A DNA stretch of 64,000 bases from a virus. Lineage: Duplodnaviria; Caudoviricetes. Of the stretch, positions 1 through 9,582 are shown one piece after another. The stretch lies in the IMG/VR virus record IMGVR_UViG_3300028888_000001, one strand, 5' to 3'. Positions within the stretch are counted from its first letter, which is position 1. Each line of letters begins with the position of its first letter. The notes below the pieces were generated by a model. It saw nothing but the letters and a program-made list of their open reading frames with translations, ran no database searches and had not been told where the DNA came from. Position numbers and translations under genes: made by a program.

Positions 1-1195
1 TAAGATTAGAAAGATAATCGAATGGCTGTGGGATAAAATTGTTAAGCTAGTAACAACCATTAAAGAAAAGATACTTGGATTTGTAACTGGTCAAACAAAA
101 TTTACAGAACTTGTCAAGAAATTTAGAGCAGAAAGAATTAACCCCGATGAGATTCCAAATCCAGAGGATATAACTGCTGAAGAATCTGCTCTGTTTGAAG
201 CTACTGGAGGCATATTAACTCAGAACTTATATCATGTTAGAGTTAATCCAGAAAATAGAGCCGCAGCATTTTCTTATATCGATAAGGCGCTAAACTTTAA
301 CGTTAACAGTGTAAATACTCCTGCTCCAGATCCTAATATACCTTGGTATTTGCAGGTTAGAGAGATAGTTAAAACCAATTGCGGATTTAATGCTGCTATG
401 AATCTTAATTATGAGCCAGCTGCTGTTGGGACAGAGGTATCATATGAGGTTAAGCAAAATAATAATGAATCTGGCATTTACGTTGTGAATAAGCAATATA
501 CAAGCGTTAATGAAGCAAAAAGTAAACCAAATCCGCAACAGAATAATGGTATTACTAAAAACATATATGGCGTACAGCAGTCGTTTCCTATCGAGTATAT
601 TATTCATAATACTTGGTTTGCCCCCGGCAGCCAAATTGAAGTTCCATTCAGAACAATGCTGATTTCTAAGAATGAAATTTGCGATCAGTACGTTTCTTTA
701 ATGAGATTTATCAGTGATGCATTTAAAGATGCTAATAATAGATTTAAAAAGAAAAAAGAAGAATATAGCAAAAATATCAAAAAATTAGAGGAAGATATCA
801 AATCATATGCTAAGGATACAGCTAAAGGTAGAGAGATTAAAATTCCGATTGATGGTTCAAACGGTTACCAATCAATTGCAGTTGATGATACACAGGAATT
901 CACGAATGGAAAATATCTCGATCTGCAAATTTTAAGAGAAGCTGCAAATGTACATACGTTTATTATTGAATCTGAGCTTAATGCTATTAATAGATGTATC
1001 CTTACAGAGTATAAGTATGTAAGAAATACTCTTGTTGATCTTATGACATTCAGTGGGTTCGGTGCTAAATATAAAATTAAGATCAATTCTTTAATATTAA
1101 GGGATACCCCAGTTGGTGCTTCTACAAAAATGGACCCAATGTATGTTAACTATAAAGTTCTTCCAACTGTCACGCGTCGCGATTTTAAAGGTTAA
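1..1195 (+). CDS. Probable virion (internal head) protein, 5'-truncated by the window edge
   Basis: The frame is open from position 2 (KIRKIIEWLWDKIVKLVTTIKEKILGF...) through the listed ORF 350..1195. It has the same amphipathic helix as the paralogues at 1201 and 17.9-27 kb. Confidence 0.65.
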   Translation, partial: KIRKIIEWLWDKIVKLVTTIKEKILGFVTGQTKFTELVKKFRAERINPDEIPNPEDITAEESALFEATGGILTQNLYHVRVNPENRAAAFSYIDKALNFNVNSVNTPAPDPNIPWYLQVREIVKTNCGFNAAMNLNYEPAAVGTEVSYEVKQNNNESGIYVVNKQYTSVNEAKSKPNPQQNNGITKNIYGVQQSFPIEYIIHNTWFAPGSQIEVPFRTMLISKNEICDQYVSLMRFISDAFKDANNRFKKKKEEYSKNIKKLEEDIKSYAKDTAKGREIKIPIDGSNGYQSIAVDDTQEFTNGKYLDLQILREAANVHTFIIESELNAINRCILTEYKYVRNTLVDLMTFSGFGAKYKIKINSLILRDTPVGASTKMDPMYVNYKVLPTVTRRDFKG

Positions 1196-1200
1196 ATACG

Positions 1201-2775
1201 GTGGCTGTTATGAATAATGTACCAGAATGCGTGTTAAATTCGTATTATAATGAAAATGAAATTTCTAATTCGAGAGATTTCTTCTATCAAGAAGCCAGAT
1301 TCATTAATGAGTATAGGCCTTTTGTAAGCGAAGAATCAGACGTATTGATAGATTGTCTTGAACGGTATATTCAAGAGGCTAATATTATTGATAGCCTCAA
1401 TAGAGTAGAAATACTTGATGAGTCTTTTAGCCTTAAAGATCTCATTGCTGGTATCAAGAAAGCTATTCTTTCGCTTTGGCAGAAAATCAAAGAATTCTTT
1501 GGTAAGATCTTTAGAGGAATTAAAAATATTCTTAATGGTCATACTGGATTTCTTAAAGACGTTATTTCTTTTAAAGGCTTCATGAGAAATAAAAAGAATA
1601 ATTCTTCTGTGAATGAAGATGCTATCTTTATGAGCATTTTTGGAGAAGAGAGTATTTTAACTGAAGATGTTTCCGAAGATGACGATGTTGAAGAAAAAAT
1701 ATCAAAATTAAAAGAACAAATCGAAAGCATCAAAGATAAGCTAAAAGATAAGCCTGACGATCAAGGTTTAAAAACTATATTGATGACTAAAGAAGCAGAG
1801 TTATCAAAACTTGAGCAGCAATCAGGTGGAGGTAAAAAGAAAAAAGAAAAGAAAGCTAAGAAAAATAAAAATAATAGTGGTGACAGCTCATCAACATCGC
1901 AAAGCAATGTAACCACACCAGAAGATGATAAGAAATTAGTAAAGAAGCTTAATAAAGCAGGCAAGGCTTTGGTAGATGAAGACGTTATGTATGCTTCTGT
2001 AACTGAAGCTGATAGAGAAAAAGCTTGCATGCGTGTTTTGTATGAAAGTGAAATAAGTTCTCAGGACGATAAACTTTTTAGCGTTCACGATTTAAGAGAC
2101 GCTGACAATAAAATTAGCGATGCAAAAGAAGCTAGTACTGCTGCTAGAACAGCTAAATTGTTTGGTATAGATCTACCAGAAGACAAGAGTGCTAGTCAAT
2201 ATATATCTGATTTTGTAGAAAGCACATATTATTCTAAAGGTAAGGCCTCTACAGTTAAATATATTGAACTTGTTAAGAAAGCTGGAGATGTGGCAGATCA
2301 GTTTATTCAATTAAATAGTTTTATGAATGGTAGTTTTTATAACAAAATGCTTAAATGTGCCGATAGGTATGAGCGTTGGTATAATAACTATCTTGGTAGA
2401 TTAGAGAAAGATTATATTGATTATCAAAAATTCGCTGATAAAAGACTCAATAAACATCAGCAAGAAAAAGTTGATGATAATTATCTTACTCGTAAAACAG
2501 ATGACAAGGGTAACTCTGTTTCGACAGATAAAGTTACAGATGATGACATCAAAAGAGTTAGAGCTAAGCTTCAAGCTTTACAATCTATTTGTTCTAACCA
2601 TGTGGCATTTATCAGAACTCATTCTACTGCGTTGACGAACTGCGCAACTAAAGAGTATAGAATGCTTAGACACGCTCTTATTCTTATGATGAACTACGAG
2701 GGCTTCTATAAAAAGAATAGCGGTGAAAAAACTAGCGTTTATAGTAGAATGGATACCAATGCAAATGTAATTTAA
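1201..2775 (+). CDS. Probable virion (internal head) protein, paralogue family
   Basis: 524-aa ORF with LDE-S followed by the amphipathic helix IAGIKKAILSLWQKIKEFFGKIF. Confidence 0.6.
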   Translation: MAVMNNVPECVLNSYYNENEISNSRDFFYQEARFINEYRPFVSEESDVLIDCLERYIQEANIIDSLNRVEILDESFSLKDLIAGIKKAILSLWQKIKEFFGKIFRGIKNILNGHTGFLKDVISFKGFMRNKKNNSSVNEDAIFMSIFGEESILTEDVSEDDDVEEKISKLKEQIESIKDKLKDKPDDQGLKTILMTKEAELSKLEQQSGGGKKKKEKKAKKNKNNSGDSSSTSQSNVTTPEDDKKLVKKLNKAGKALVDEDVMYASVTEADREKACMRVLYESEISSQDDKLFSVHDLRDADNKISDAKEASTAARTAKLFGIDLPEDKSASQYISDFVESTYYSKGKASTVKYIELVKKAGDVADQFIQLNSFMNGSFYNKMLKCADRYERWYNNYLGRLEKDYIDYQKFADKRLNKHQQEKVDDNYLTRKTDDKGNSVSTDKVTDDDIKRVRAKLQALQSICSNHVAFIRTHSTALTNCATKEYRMLRHALILMMNYEGFYKKNSGEKTSVYSRMDTNANVI

Positions 2776-2819
2776 ATATATCACTTAGAAGAAAAATAAT
2801 TATGGAGGTTGATATATCT

Positions 2820-3494
2820 ATGAATATTACTCTAAAAAAGAAAGTAAATGTATTTCCTATCAGAGGGCCGATCACTAATGTTAATCCACCTATTAGGGTT
2901 CCTGTGAAAAATATATTACTTCCAATTGCGGATATTCGTAAATGTATTGTTGCTGGAGCTAAAGTAGAAGAGATTCTCACTGATAAGAAAACTATAGTTC
3001 TCAATCTACAGAACTATGATCAGGATAATGGCGGTGCTATTGTTGAAGTTAAGGATACTCAGCCTGCAGTGCTGCCTAAACCGACAGTTAAACCATCTTC
3101 AGCTATCTCTATCAATGGTTCACGCAAAATGTCTAAAGTAGAGATGAAAAATGTTAAAGAGAAGTTTATGAAAAATAACTCTTCTCTTAAAGCAGAACTT
3201 TCTCGTACTGCAGATGAAGCCGATGAAGCTAATAAGAAAATTGCTGAAGAGGCCAAGCAGCCAGTTGAAGAGACTAAAGAGGCTCCAGTAGTAGAAGAAA
3301 AGAAAGAACAGCAGCATCAGCCTTATATGACAAGAAGACAGCTCCGCAAACTTAAAGAACAGCAGATGCAAAAAGAGCAAGCTGAAAAAGAAGCTGCTGA
3401 AGCTACACAGCAGGCTCCTACAACATTAGCTGAAGAGCTTGAAGCTGTTAACGTTGATGACGTTATCGAAACAGTAGACCCGGAAAAACTTTGA
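2820..3494 (+). CDS. Hypothetical phage protein with a K/E/Q-rich C-terminus
   Basis: ORF 2802..3494. The GGAGG RBS favours the ATG at 2820. Confidence 0.7.
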   Translation: MNITLKKKVNVFPIRGPITNVNPPIRVPVKNILLPIADIRKCIVAGAKVEEILTDKKTIVLNLQNYDQDNGGAIVEVKDTQPAVLPKPTVKPSSAISINGSRKMSKVEMKNVKEKFMKNNSSLKAELSRTADEADEANKKIAEEAKQPVEETKEAPVVEEKKEQQHQPYMTRRQLRKLKEQQMQKEQAEKEAAEATQQAPTTLAEELEAVNVDDVIETVDPEKL

Positions 3495-3500
3495 TGGTTT

Positions 3501-3514
3501 AATTATATATTATA
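3501..3514 (+). promoter_or_regulatory. Putative early promoter AATTATATATTATA (copy 1)
   Basis: Exact 14-mer repeated six times in intergenic DNA upstream of non-structural genes. It resembles the TATATTAC early motif of phiKZ. Confidence 0.55.
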
Positions 3515-3627
3515 ATTATAGAATACTAGAGGCAGTGATGCCTCTAGTATATCAATTTGAAAAGAAAGGAGATCAAAATAAATGGATGAACAAGGCATAG
3601 GCTTTGGAGATTAATCAAAGCTAATTA

Positions 3628-3656
3628 AACGAGTAGGGCAATTCGCCCTACTCGTT
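3628..3656. terminator. Intrinsic terminator hairpin
   Basis: AACGAGTAGGGC-aattc-GCCCTACTCGTT, just downstream of the beta' N gene stop. Confidence 0.7.
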
Positions 3657-3675
3657 ATCCATGTAAATTTATTTT

Positions 3676-5325
3676 TTATATAGCTATCTTATCTGTAGGT
3701 GTTATTTTATTTTTATCATCATTTAAAACTAATGTCATATTATACATAGCCTGTATAGCTTCTTTATCTGCCACACGGCCATTAGATCCAGATAATGTAA
3801 TAAACTGAGCTTTAGAATCAATGTATTTTTTAAGCTCTTCGTTGGCTTCTACTGTATATGGCATTTTTAATGTAATTTGGTCTCCATCATAATCGGCATT
3901 CATTAGTACGCAATATGGGTTAGCCATAGATAGTGTATCTATGAATTTATTTGATGTATTACTGCCGATATCTTTTTGTTCAAAATCTGGATACCATTGA
4001 TAAAATTTACCATTAATAACCATAGGTTTAGTTTTTATCATAGAAGACACTCTAATCCTAGTATACAACTGATTGAAATATGAATCTATAGGATACCTAG
4101 TGATACATGCTACTTTATCTTCTGTTGCAGCGCATGCTGCTATATAAAACAAATCAACCCATGTCATATCTCTTTCTATTACATTACCAGTTTCTTTTAT
4201 ACCACGTTTAAATTGTTCTGCTGTAATATTATAACCCTTAAAACGTAGATTTAAATCTAATTCATCTGTTGGTATTTTTATAGGTTTTAATCTATTAGAA
4301 TACCCGTGGATAAATTCATTCATTTCAGCATCTAATCTATCATCTGAGAATTCAAGTAATGGGTTATTCAATTCTACAGTTATTAGCCTACCTTGATATA
4401 TTGCAGGGTATCTAGTTTTGCCTCCAAATTCGTTTAAGAACCAATTACGTAGCTCATGCAATACAAACGGATATGCTACAACTAATGCAGCTGATAGCGG
4501 CACAGCAGAATAATCCATATCAACCATAAGGTCTCCAATTGAGTTTACGTTTATATTAGGAGCACTAATAACTAAACGAGCAGCATTATCTGTAGTCTTA
4601 GCCATTACAGATCTACGCATAATGCCAAACTTACCAGCAATGCCAGAGCCAGTATGTTCTCCAGTAGCAGATTTGCCAGTAATAAACCAAGTATATATCT
4701 GAACTAGAATATCTTGTATTCTGCCTCTAGTGCCACCAGACATATCAAACCCGTATAAGTGAGTATCGTTAAGAGTCTTTATAGCATTAAGTAAAGCTAT
4801 ATATAATTTATTTATTTCTCCCATTGATACTCTACCAGATCCACCACCAGTATTTACATCTCTATAGTAAGGCGGTATTACTATAAGTTTATCTGTAAAA
4901 AGTTTATCTTCCTGAGCTGCTTTCATAAGCAAATTCAATAAATTATCTTTTTTAGACTTTTTAAATTTAAGCTTAGTTTGGTTTTTATGCAACCACTCCA
5001 ACCCAGTATTACCATTATCATCTGGAGATAGATATCCATCTTTGTCTATAACAAAATTTTGAGTCTCATAAATGCAAGCTCTAATATTTCTATCAAGCTT
5101 AAGCCAGATTTTATAGAAATATGGCTGAATAAACTTTTCATGTAAATCAATATAAGCAAAAATTCCGGATCTTTCTTCTTGTGTAATACCGAAAATTTCA
5201 TTAGAAAATAATCCATCTGGAGTTGGTCTATTTCCTGAAGCGAATGATATTGGATTGGTTATTTCTTTTAGATCATTTTCTTTAATAAATCTATTCTGAT
5301 CCAAAATTTCAATCTTTAAGGCCAT
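3676..5325 (-). CDS. rpoC: Phage multisubunit RNA polymerase beta' subunit, N-terminal part with catalytic motif
   Basis: Motifs PDGLFSNEIFG, VIPPYYR, GKFGIMRRSVMAK..ARLVIS, RYP and the catalytic NADYDGD. GGAGG RBS. Confidence 0.93.
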   Translation of the reverse strand: MALKIEILDQNRFIKENDLKEITNPISFASGNRPTPDGLFSNEIFGITQEERSGIFAYIDLHEKFIQPYFYKIWLKLDRNIRACIYETQNFVIDKDGYLSPDDNGNTGLEWLHKNQTKLKFKKSKKDNLLNLLMKAAQEDKLFTDKLIVIPPYYRDVNTGGGSGRVSMGEINKLYIALLNAIKTLNDTHLYGFDMSGGTRGRIQDILVQIYTWFITGKSATGEHTGSGIAGKFGIMRRSVMAKTTDNAARLVISAPNINVNSIGDLMVDMDYSAVPLSAALVVAYPFVLHELRNWFLNEFGGKTRYPAIYQGRLITVELNNPLLEFSDDRLDAEMNEFIHGYSNRLKPIKIPTDELDLNLRFKGYNITAEQFKRGIKETGNVIERDMTWVDLFYIAACAATEDKVACITRYPIDSYFNQLYTRIRVSSMIKTKPMVINGKFYQWYPDFEQKDIGSNTSNKFIDTLSMANPYCVLMNADYDGDQITLKMPYTVEANEELKKYIDSKAQFITLSGSNGRVADKEAIQAMYNMTLVLNDDKNKITPTDKIAI

Positions 5326-5352
5326 TAATAAACCTCCCTTCGATTTAGGTAA

Positions 5353-5366
5353 TTTATCAAAATGTC
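5353..5366 (-). promoter_or_regulatory. Late-type promoter GACA-N6-TAAA for the beta' N gene
   Basis: Matches the RACA-N6-TAA consensus found about 20 times upstream of genes in this window. Confidence 0.7.
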
Positions 5367-5389
5367 AAAGATTCAGTAAAATAAAGAAT

Positions 5390-5403
5390 AATTATATATT
5401 ATA
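5390..5403 (+). promoter_or_regulatory. Putative early promoter AATTATATATTATA
   Basis: Exact 14-mer followed by a short hairpin, upstream of the 5466-6398 operon. Confidence 0.7.
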
Positions 5404-5465
5404 TCATTGTAGCAAAATGATAATGCTATAATAAAGTTCTTATTATATATGGAGGTGATTATAAA

Positions 5466-5768
5466 ATGGGAACTTTAAAAATTAAAAATAAGCAACAAGC
5501 AAAGAAAGCTAACGAAAACAAAATAACCAGTAGAAATATGTTTATGATGATGCAGCAGTTAGCAAATACAGTTTTGCATTCTAAAGCATCATTATCACCA
5601 GCGGTAAGAGAGAAATTCTTAGCAATTCAAAACACTAAGTTTGATCTTGATCATCTTACGCCAGAGGATGAATTGCAGATTTATAAGCTCTACGCTGAGA
5701 GTTACCAAGTACTTGATTATGAGACTAATTTAAAACATCAGGAGGACAAGCAAAATGGATATTTATGA
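5466..5768 (+). CDS. Hypothetical protein
   Basis: 100-aa ORF with a GGAGGTG RBS. Confidence 0.75.
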   Translation: MGTLKIKNKQQAKKANENKITSRNMFMMMQQLANTVLHSKASLSPAVREKFLAIQNTKFDLDHLTPEDELQIYKLYAESYQVLDYETNLKHQEDKQNGYL

Positions 5769-5970
5769 ATATGCTGAATCTATTAATTACAACGCTGATT
5801 ATTATGACATGCACACCGGTAGAATTTACCACATTCAGGAATATGGTAAAGCGTTAAAAGAAATGAATTCCGGTATCAAGCAAGAAGCTAATAGAAAAAT
5901 TGTTGGAGCTGGAATCAAGGTATCAGAAGATGGAGTATTTCTTGGATATGCTAGGAGGCATCTATCATGA
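5755..5970 (+). CDS. Hypothetical protein
   Basis: 71-aa ORF with an AGGAGG RBS, overlapping its neighbours in an operon. Confidence 0.7.
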   Translation: MDIYEYAESINYNADYYDMHTGRIYHIQEYGKALKEMNSGIKQEANRKIVGAGIKVSEDGVFLGYARRHLS

Positions 5971-6398
5971 TAAATAGTTTTACCGGAGAACATGAGTTTC
6001 TGAGTAATTTCTATACAGTTACAGTGCCGTATGACGGTATAAACTATCCATCATCGGAGAACGCGTTCCAAGCTCAAAAAGCAGCATCTGATGCTGATAA
6101 GATTAAATATACATCGTGTACTCCATCCAAGGCTAAATACTATGGTAGAAGAGAGCATATAGATAAAGCCTTATGGGACAGTAATAAAGATGAGATTATG
6201 TATGAAATTGTTAAAAGCAAGTTTATACATAATTCACATCTAGTGGTATGCTTATTGAACACTGGTGACGAAGAACTCATTGAAGGAAATACCTGGCATG
6301 ATAATTACTGGGGCGACTGCAAATGCATTAGATGCAGATCTATTAAAGGACAGAACAAGCTGGGTAAAATCCTGATGAGAATCAGATCCAATTTCTAA
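5967..6398 (+). CDS. NADAR (YbiA-like) family protein
   Basis: Motifs FLSNFY, YPSSENAFQAQK, KF..., LLNTGDEELIEGNTWHDNYWG and GQNKLGKILMRIR. Confidence 0.93.
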   Translation: MINSFTGEHEFLSNFYTVTVPYDGINYPSSENAFQAQKAASDADKIKYTSCTPSKAKYYGRREHIDKALWDSNKDEIMYEIVKSKFIHNSHLVVCLLNTGDEELIEGNTWHDNYWGDCKCIRCRSIKGQNKLGKILMRIRSNF

Positions 6399-6407
6399 AA
6401 AATAAAT

Positions 6408-6429
6408 GGAGGGGTCAAACGACCCCTCC
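6408..6429. terminator. Bidirectional terminator between convergent genes
   Basis: GGAGGGGTC-aaac-GACCCCTCC. Confidence 0.75.
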
Positions 6430-6444
6430 TGCTATTTTGTTAAT

Positions 6445-6750
6445 TTATTTTTCTACTTCGATACATAGAAGATCACCATTTAAAAATACTTTAGGACGGA
6501 TCTCGTGTCCATATATATTTAATGCCGTAGATGTTCTTCTAAGATTATTTACTAGACTTTCTTTTTGTTGCTCATTTAATACACGTACTGAATAAATAAT
6601 AGATGCCTTATTTATATCAACGCTATTTAATGATACAAAATCCACTCCCTTTAGCATATAATACGCAGCCATATGCTCTTCAAAATAATCTTTGAATATT
6701 AACGCTAATTTTTCTGGAGGGATATTTTTTGAGAATTCAACACTATTCAT
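6445..6750 (-). CDS. Hypothetical protein (tail/baseplate operon)
   Basis: ORF 6445..6774. The likely start is the ATG at 6750, directly after the stop of the upstream frame. Confidence 0.65.
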   Translation of the reverse strand: MNSVEFSKNIPPEKLALIFKDYFEEHMAAYYMLKGVDFVSLNSVDINKASIIYSVRVLNEQQKESLVNNLRRTSTALNIYGHEIRPKVFLNGDLLCIEVEK

Positions 6751-6751
6751 T

Positions 6752-7018
6752 TTATAGTACCCCCGCCAGTTCATCCTCCAAAGCTAAAGCTTCAGCTTCA
6801 CCCATTTTAGGTTGCTCTCCTTTAGCTTCGGCTTCTTCTCTTTCTTTTTGCTCAGCCTTTTGCCTATCAATAGCCATCATATAAAGTGTGTTTATATAAT
6901 CAAGCGGCATATTCATCATCTCTAGGAATGACGTTCTGCCACGATAATAAGTACATAGACTTTCTATCTTCTTTATAAACTCTTGATCTGGGCCAACTGA
7001 GCTCGTGAAAAAAGTAAG
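6752..7018 (-). CDS. Unlisted frame: tail-chaperone extension / T4 gp51-like small protein, possibly reached by -1 frameshift
   Basis: The -1 frame relative to 6973..8811 is open from 7018 to 6752: ...EFIKKIESLCTYYRGRTSFLEMMNMPLDYINTLYMMAIDRQKAEQKEREE...LAGVL*. The first ATG is only at 6919, with no clear RBS. Confidence 0.55.
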   Translation of the reverse strand, partial: LTFFTSSVGPDQEFIKKIESLCTYYRGRTSFLEMMNMPLDYINTLYMMAIDRQKAEQKEREEAEAKGEQPKMGEAEALALEDELAGVL

Positions 7019-8811
7019 TTAAGAATAGAATCAACTGTTTCTTCTGGAATTTTAGCTCCGCATTCTGGGCAGGTCGCTTCCGGGTAAATATAAGTAATCT
7101 TTGGAGGCTGAATAAGATTTGCAAGTTTAGCAATAAGCACATTGTACTGATCGCTAGTAAGACTTTTAAGCAGTTCTGTATAGAACTTAAGCTTATGCAA
7201 TACAGTCTTATTGAAATTTCCAGGCCAGCTCTGCAGCTTAATAGGAACAAGCTCATTATTGCTACGATCGATCTGATAGAATCCATCAATGTAAGCCATG
7301 CTATCAAGCACATCAGAATATTTTTGAGTAATTTCTTGTTTAAGAGTAGAGAATTGAATGAATGTAGAGAACAAAGTTGCAGGACAATAGCTGATAACAA
7401 TATCATCAGATACTTGCATTAGTGTAGATTCAAACTCTTCACTGTCTGTAGTGGTATCGCTCTGTAAAATCTTTTCAAATTCTGCTTTGATTTCTTCTGG
7501 ATCATCATTTTCTCTACCATACTTAACCATGCTCATAATTGGTGTATCAATAAGAGATGTCTTACCACAATTTTTCTTTCTAAGCTCTTCTGTATTTGTA
7601 GGACAAACTCTAGCAATGATATTAGTATTGCTGTAGCAAGCTTTATAAATACCAAAGTACAGAGACTCAATATCTTCTGTTCTAATAAGCTTAGTCCATA
7701 CTTCAAACTTAGGCTTATTAGCGTCTACAATATGATCGTATACAAATCTTAGAGACGCAATTACACCATTAATAGCATTTGAATTGGTGATGGTCTTTCT
7801 AAGATTATCAAGCTCTGGTCCAGAGCATTCAGAGAACGTGATAGACTTCTTAGAATGATATAGAGCCCAATCAGAAGTCTTTGTAGCTTTATGGTTATTA
7901 ATACTAGAAAGAACAAACGAAGACTCAACAGCATTCTTACGAATCTTAAATTCATTGAAATTAATCGGATTGGATGTGATTTTTACAGCATTAAATGTCT
8001 TCTTAAATCTTGCTCTGATTTCTTCAGTAGACTCTTCTTCAGTATCTACTACATTCATAGAATCATCAAGATCATCAAGAAGGCTGTCTAAATCCCCGTC
8101 GCCGTCATCTTGCTGTGTAACCGTCGGAGTGTCTTCCTCCACTACTTTACGCTGCGACTTAACAGACTTTGCTACATTTACATCATCATCTTGTTCCTTA
8201 GCAATCGGAGTAGTACCGTCTGCATTGATATGTATTACTTCTTCTTCAACAATAGTATTTTCTTCTTGCACTGGTTCTTCCACCTTCTGTTCGTTATTGT
8301 TGTTCATATTGCTAAAATGCCGTTCTTCCACTTCAAGAGAATAGTCGGCAGATTCATCATCTAAATCAAACTCATCTTCATCTACTGTAGGAATATTATT
8401 CTGATTCATCATATTTGGATCAGCGCCATCTTGAGCGATTCCATCATTATCATAATCTGGATCTCTACCTTCAAGCTCAGCTAATTCTCGCTCTAGTAAA
8501 ATCTCTTGCTTATTCTTTTCTACAATTGGGTTAACTACATTTGTATAGAAATCTTTTGTTTCTTGAAGACGTTTATTCATTGCTTTAAAAGCTTTATCCA
8601 CTACAGGAGCGTCTACTGTAGTATCCTCATGGGCTTTCATCTTACCAGCTTTGATAAGAGTCTGCTCTACTTGAGAGGGGTTCATAAATACTGGCTTTTT
8701 CGGCTCTTCTTTAACTTCAGCGGTAGGCTTAGCTTCTTCTTGTTGCTGCTGTTGCTTATCTACGCCTCTTGAATTTGCTGCAAGTTCTTCTAACGTGATT
8801 TCTTTACCCAT
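6973..8811 (-). CDS. Probable baseplate hub assembly / tail chaperone protein (T4 gp26-like)
   Basis: 612 aa with an acidic low-complexity N-half and a C-terminal CPECG. It lies downstream of a gp25-like gene. Confidence 0.5.
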   Translation of the reverse strand: MGKEITLEELAANSRGVDKQQQQQEEAKPTAEVKEEPKKPVFMNPSQVEQTLIKAGKMKAHEDTTVDAPVVDKAFKAMNKRLQETKDFYTNVVNPIVEKNKQEILLERELAELEGRDPDYDNDGIAQDGADPNMMNQNNIPTVDEDEFDLDDESADYSLEVEERHFSNMNNNNEQKVEEPVQEENTIVEEEVIHINADGTTPIAKEQDDDVNVAKSVKSQRKVVEEDTPTVTQQDDGDGDLDSLLDDLDDSMNVVDTEEESTEEIRARFKKTFNAVKITSNPINFNEFKIRKNAVESSFVLSSINNHKATKTSDWALYHSKKSITFSECSGPELDNLRKTITNSNAINGVIASLRFVYDHIVDANKPKFEVWTKLIRTEDIESLYFGIYKACYSNTNIIARVCPTNTEELRKKNCGKTSLIDTPIMSMVKYGRENDDPEEIKAEFEKILQSDTTTDSEEFESTLMQVSDDIVISYCPATLFSTFIQFSTLKQEITQKYSDVLDSMAYIDGFYQIDRSNNELVPIKLQSWPGNFNKTVLHKLKFYTELLKSLTSDQYNVLIAKLANLIQPPKITYIYPEATCPECGAKIPEETVDSILNLLFSRAQLAQIKSL

Positions 8812-8837
8812 TTTTATTCCTCCAAATTAAGTGATAA

Positions 8838-9230
8838 TTATAATTCATCCAGAACATATGTTGCTGGAGTATTTAGCTCATCGGTAGATCCATTATATAC
8901 TAATTCATAAATAGCATCTTCAGTATTTATAGAGATATGCAATAATGTATCCTGAATGGCTAATGAGACCTTAACATTTACCAACTCAGGAAGAAAGCGT
9001 AATACTTGATCTTGTATTTCTTTTTGTAGATTATATAGAAATCCCTCTTCGTTATTATATCTCCAACGAGAGCGAATTCCTACACCCATTGTAGGGTGTG
9101 ATTGAAATTTACCTGGCTCTAATAAAATTAGATAAATTAAGTTAGTGTACATCGAATGTACACCTTCTAAAACTTTAGGCATACTAAAATCATTTAATGA
9201 CATAAGGTGAGATTTCAAATTTAACATCAC
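8838..9230 (-). CDS. Baseplate wedge protein, gp25/GPW-like
   Basis: 130 aa with YLILLEPGKFQSHPTMGVGI, typical of gp25-like proteins. Late-type motif GACT-N6-TAAT at 9247-9260. The exact start is uncertain. Confidence 0.65.
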   Translation of the reverse strand: MMLNLKSHLMSLNDFSMPKVLEGVHSMYTNLIYLILLEPGKFQSHPTMGVGIRSRWRYNNEEGFLYNLQKEIQDQVLRFLPELVNVKVSLAIQDTLLHISINTEDAIYELVYNGSTDELNTPATYVLDEL

Positions 9231-9329
9231 CTCCTATTTAGCTTGAATTAATATTAAGTCCACCATATAAATTTTTACAAAAATAATACTAATTTAAACA
9301 TAGAATTTTTAAAGAGTAAACTTAAATTC

Positions 9330-9343
9330 AATTATATATTATA
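9330..9343 (+). promoter_or_regulatory. Putative early promoter AATTATATATTATA
   Basis: Exact 14-mer followed by the hairpin AAGAGAT...ATCTCTT. Confidence 0.7.
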
Positions 9344-9582
9344 GAGGTGTAAGAGATAAGAAAGGAATCTCTTAAATGAATAACTTATGGAACTGAGAGG
9401 GCACATGAAGTGCTCACAACAATTATTTCACAATAACTTATAAAAAATTTCATTAAAAAAGAAAGGAAAAACTTATAGAAAAACGAAGTAAAACAAAACA
9501 AATTTTAAGACCCATTAAGAAGAATGGGCAACGAATGAAACTATTAAAAATTACAAATTTTAAAAGAAAGGACAAGACAAAA

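Noticed and set aside
6900-7406. 168-aa minus-strand ORF overlapping the 612-aa gene
   Set aside because: It is an alternative-frame shadow with no RBS. The third frame (6752-7018) is the protein-like one.
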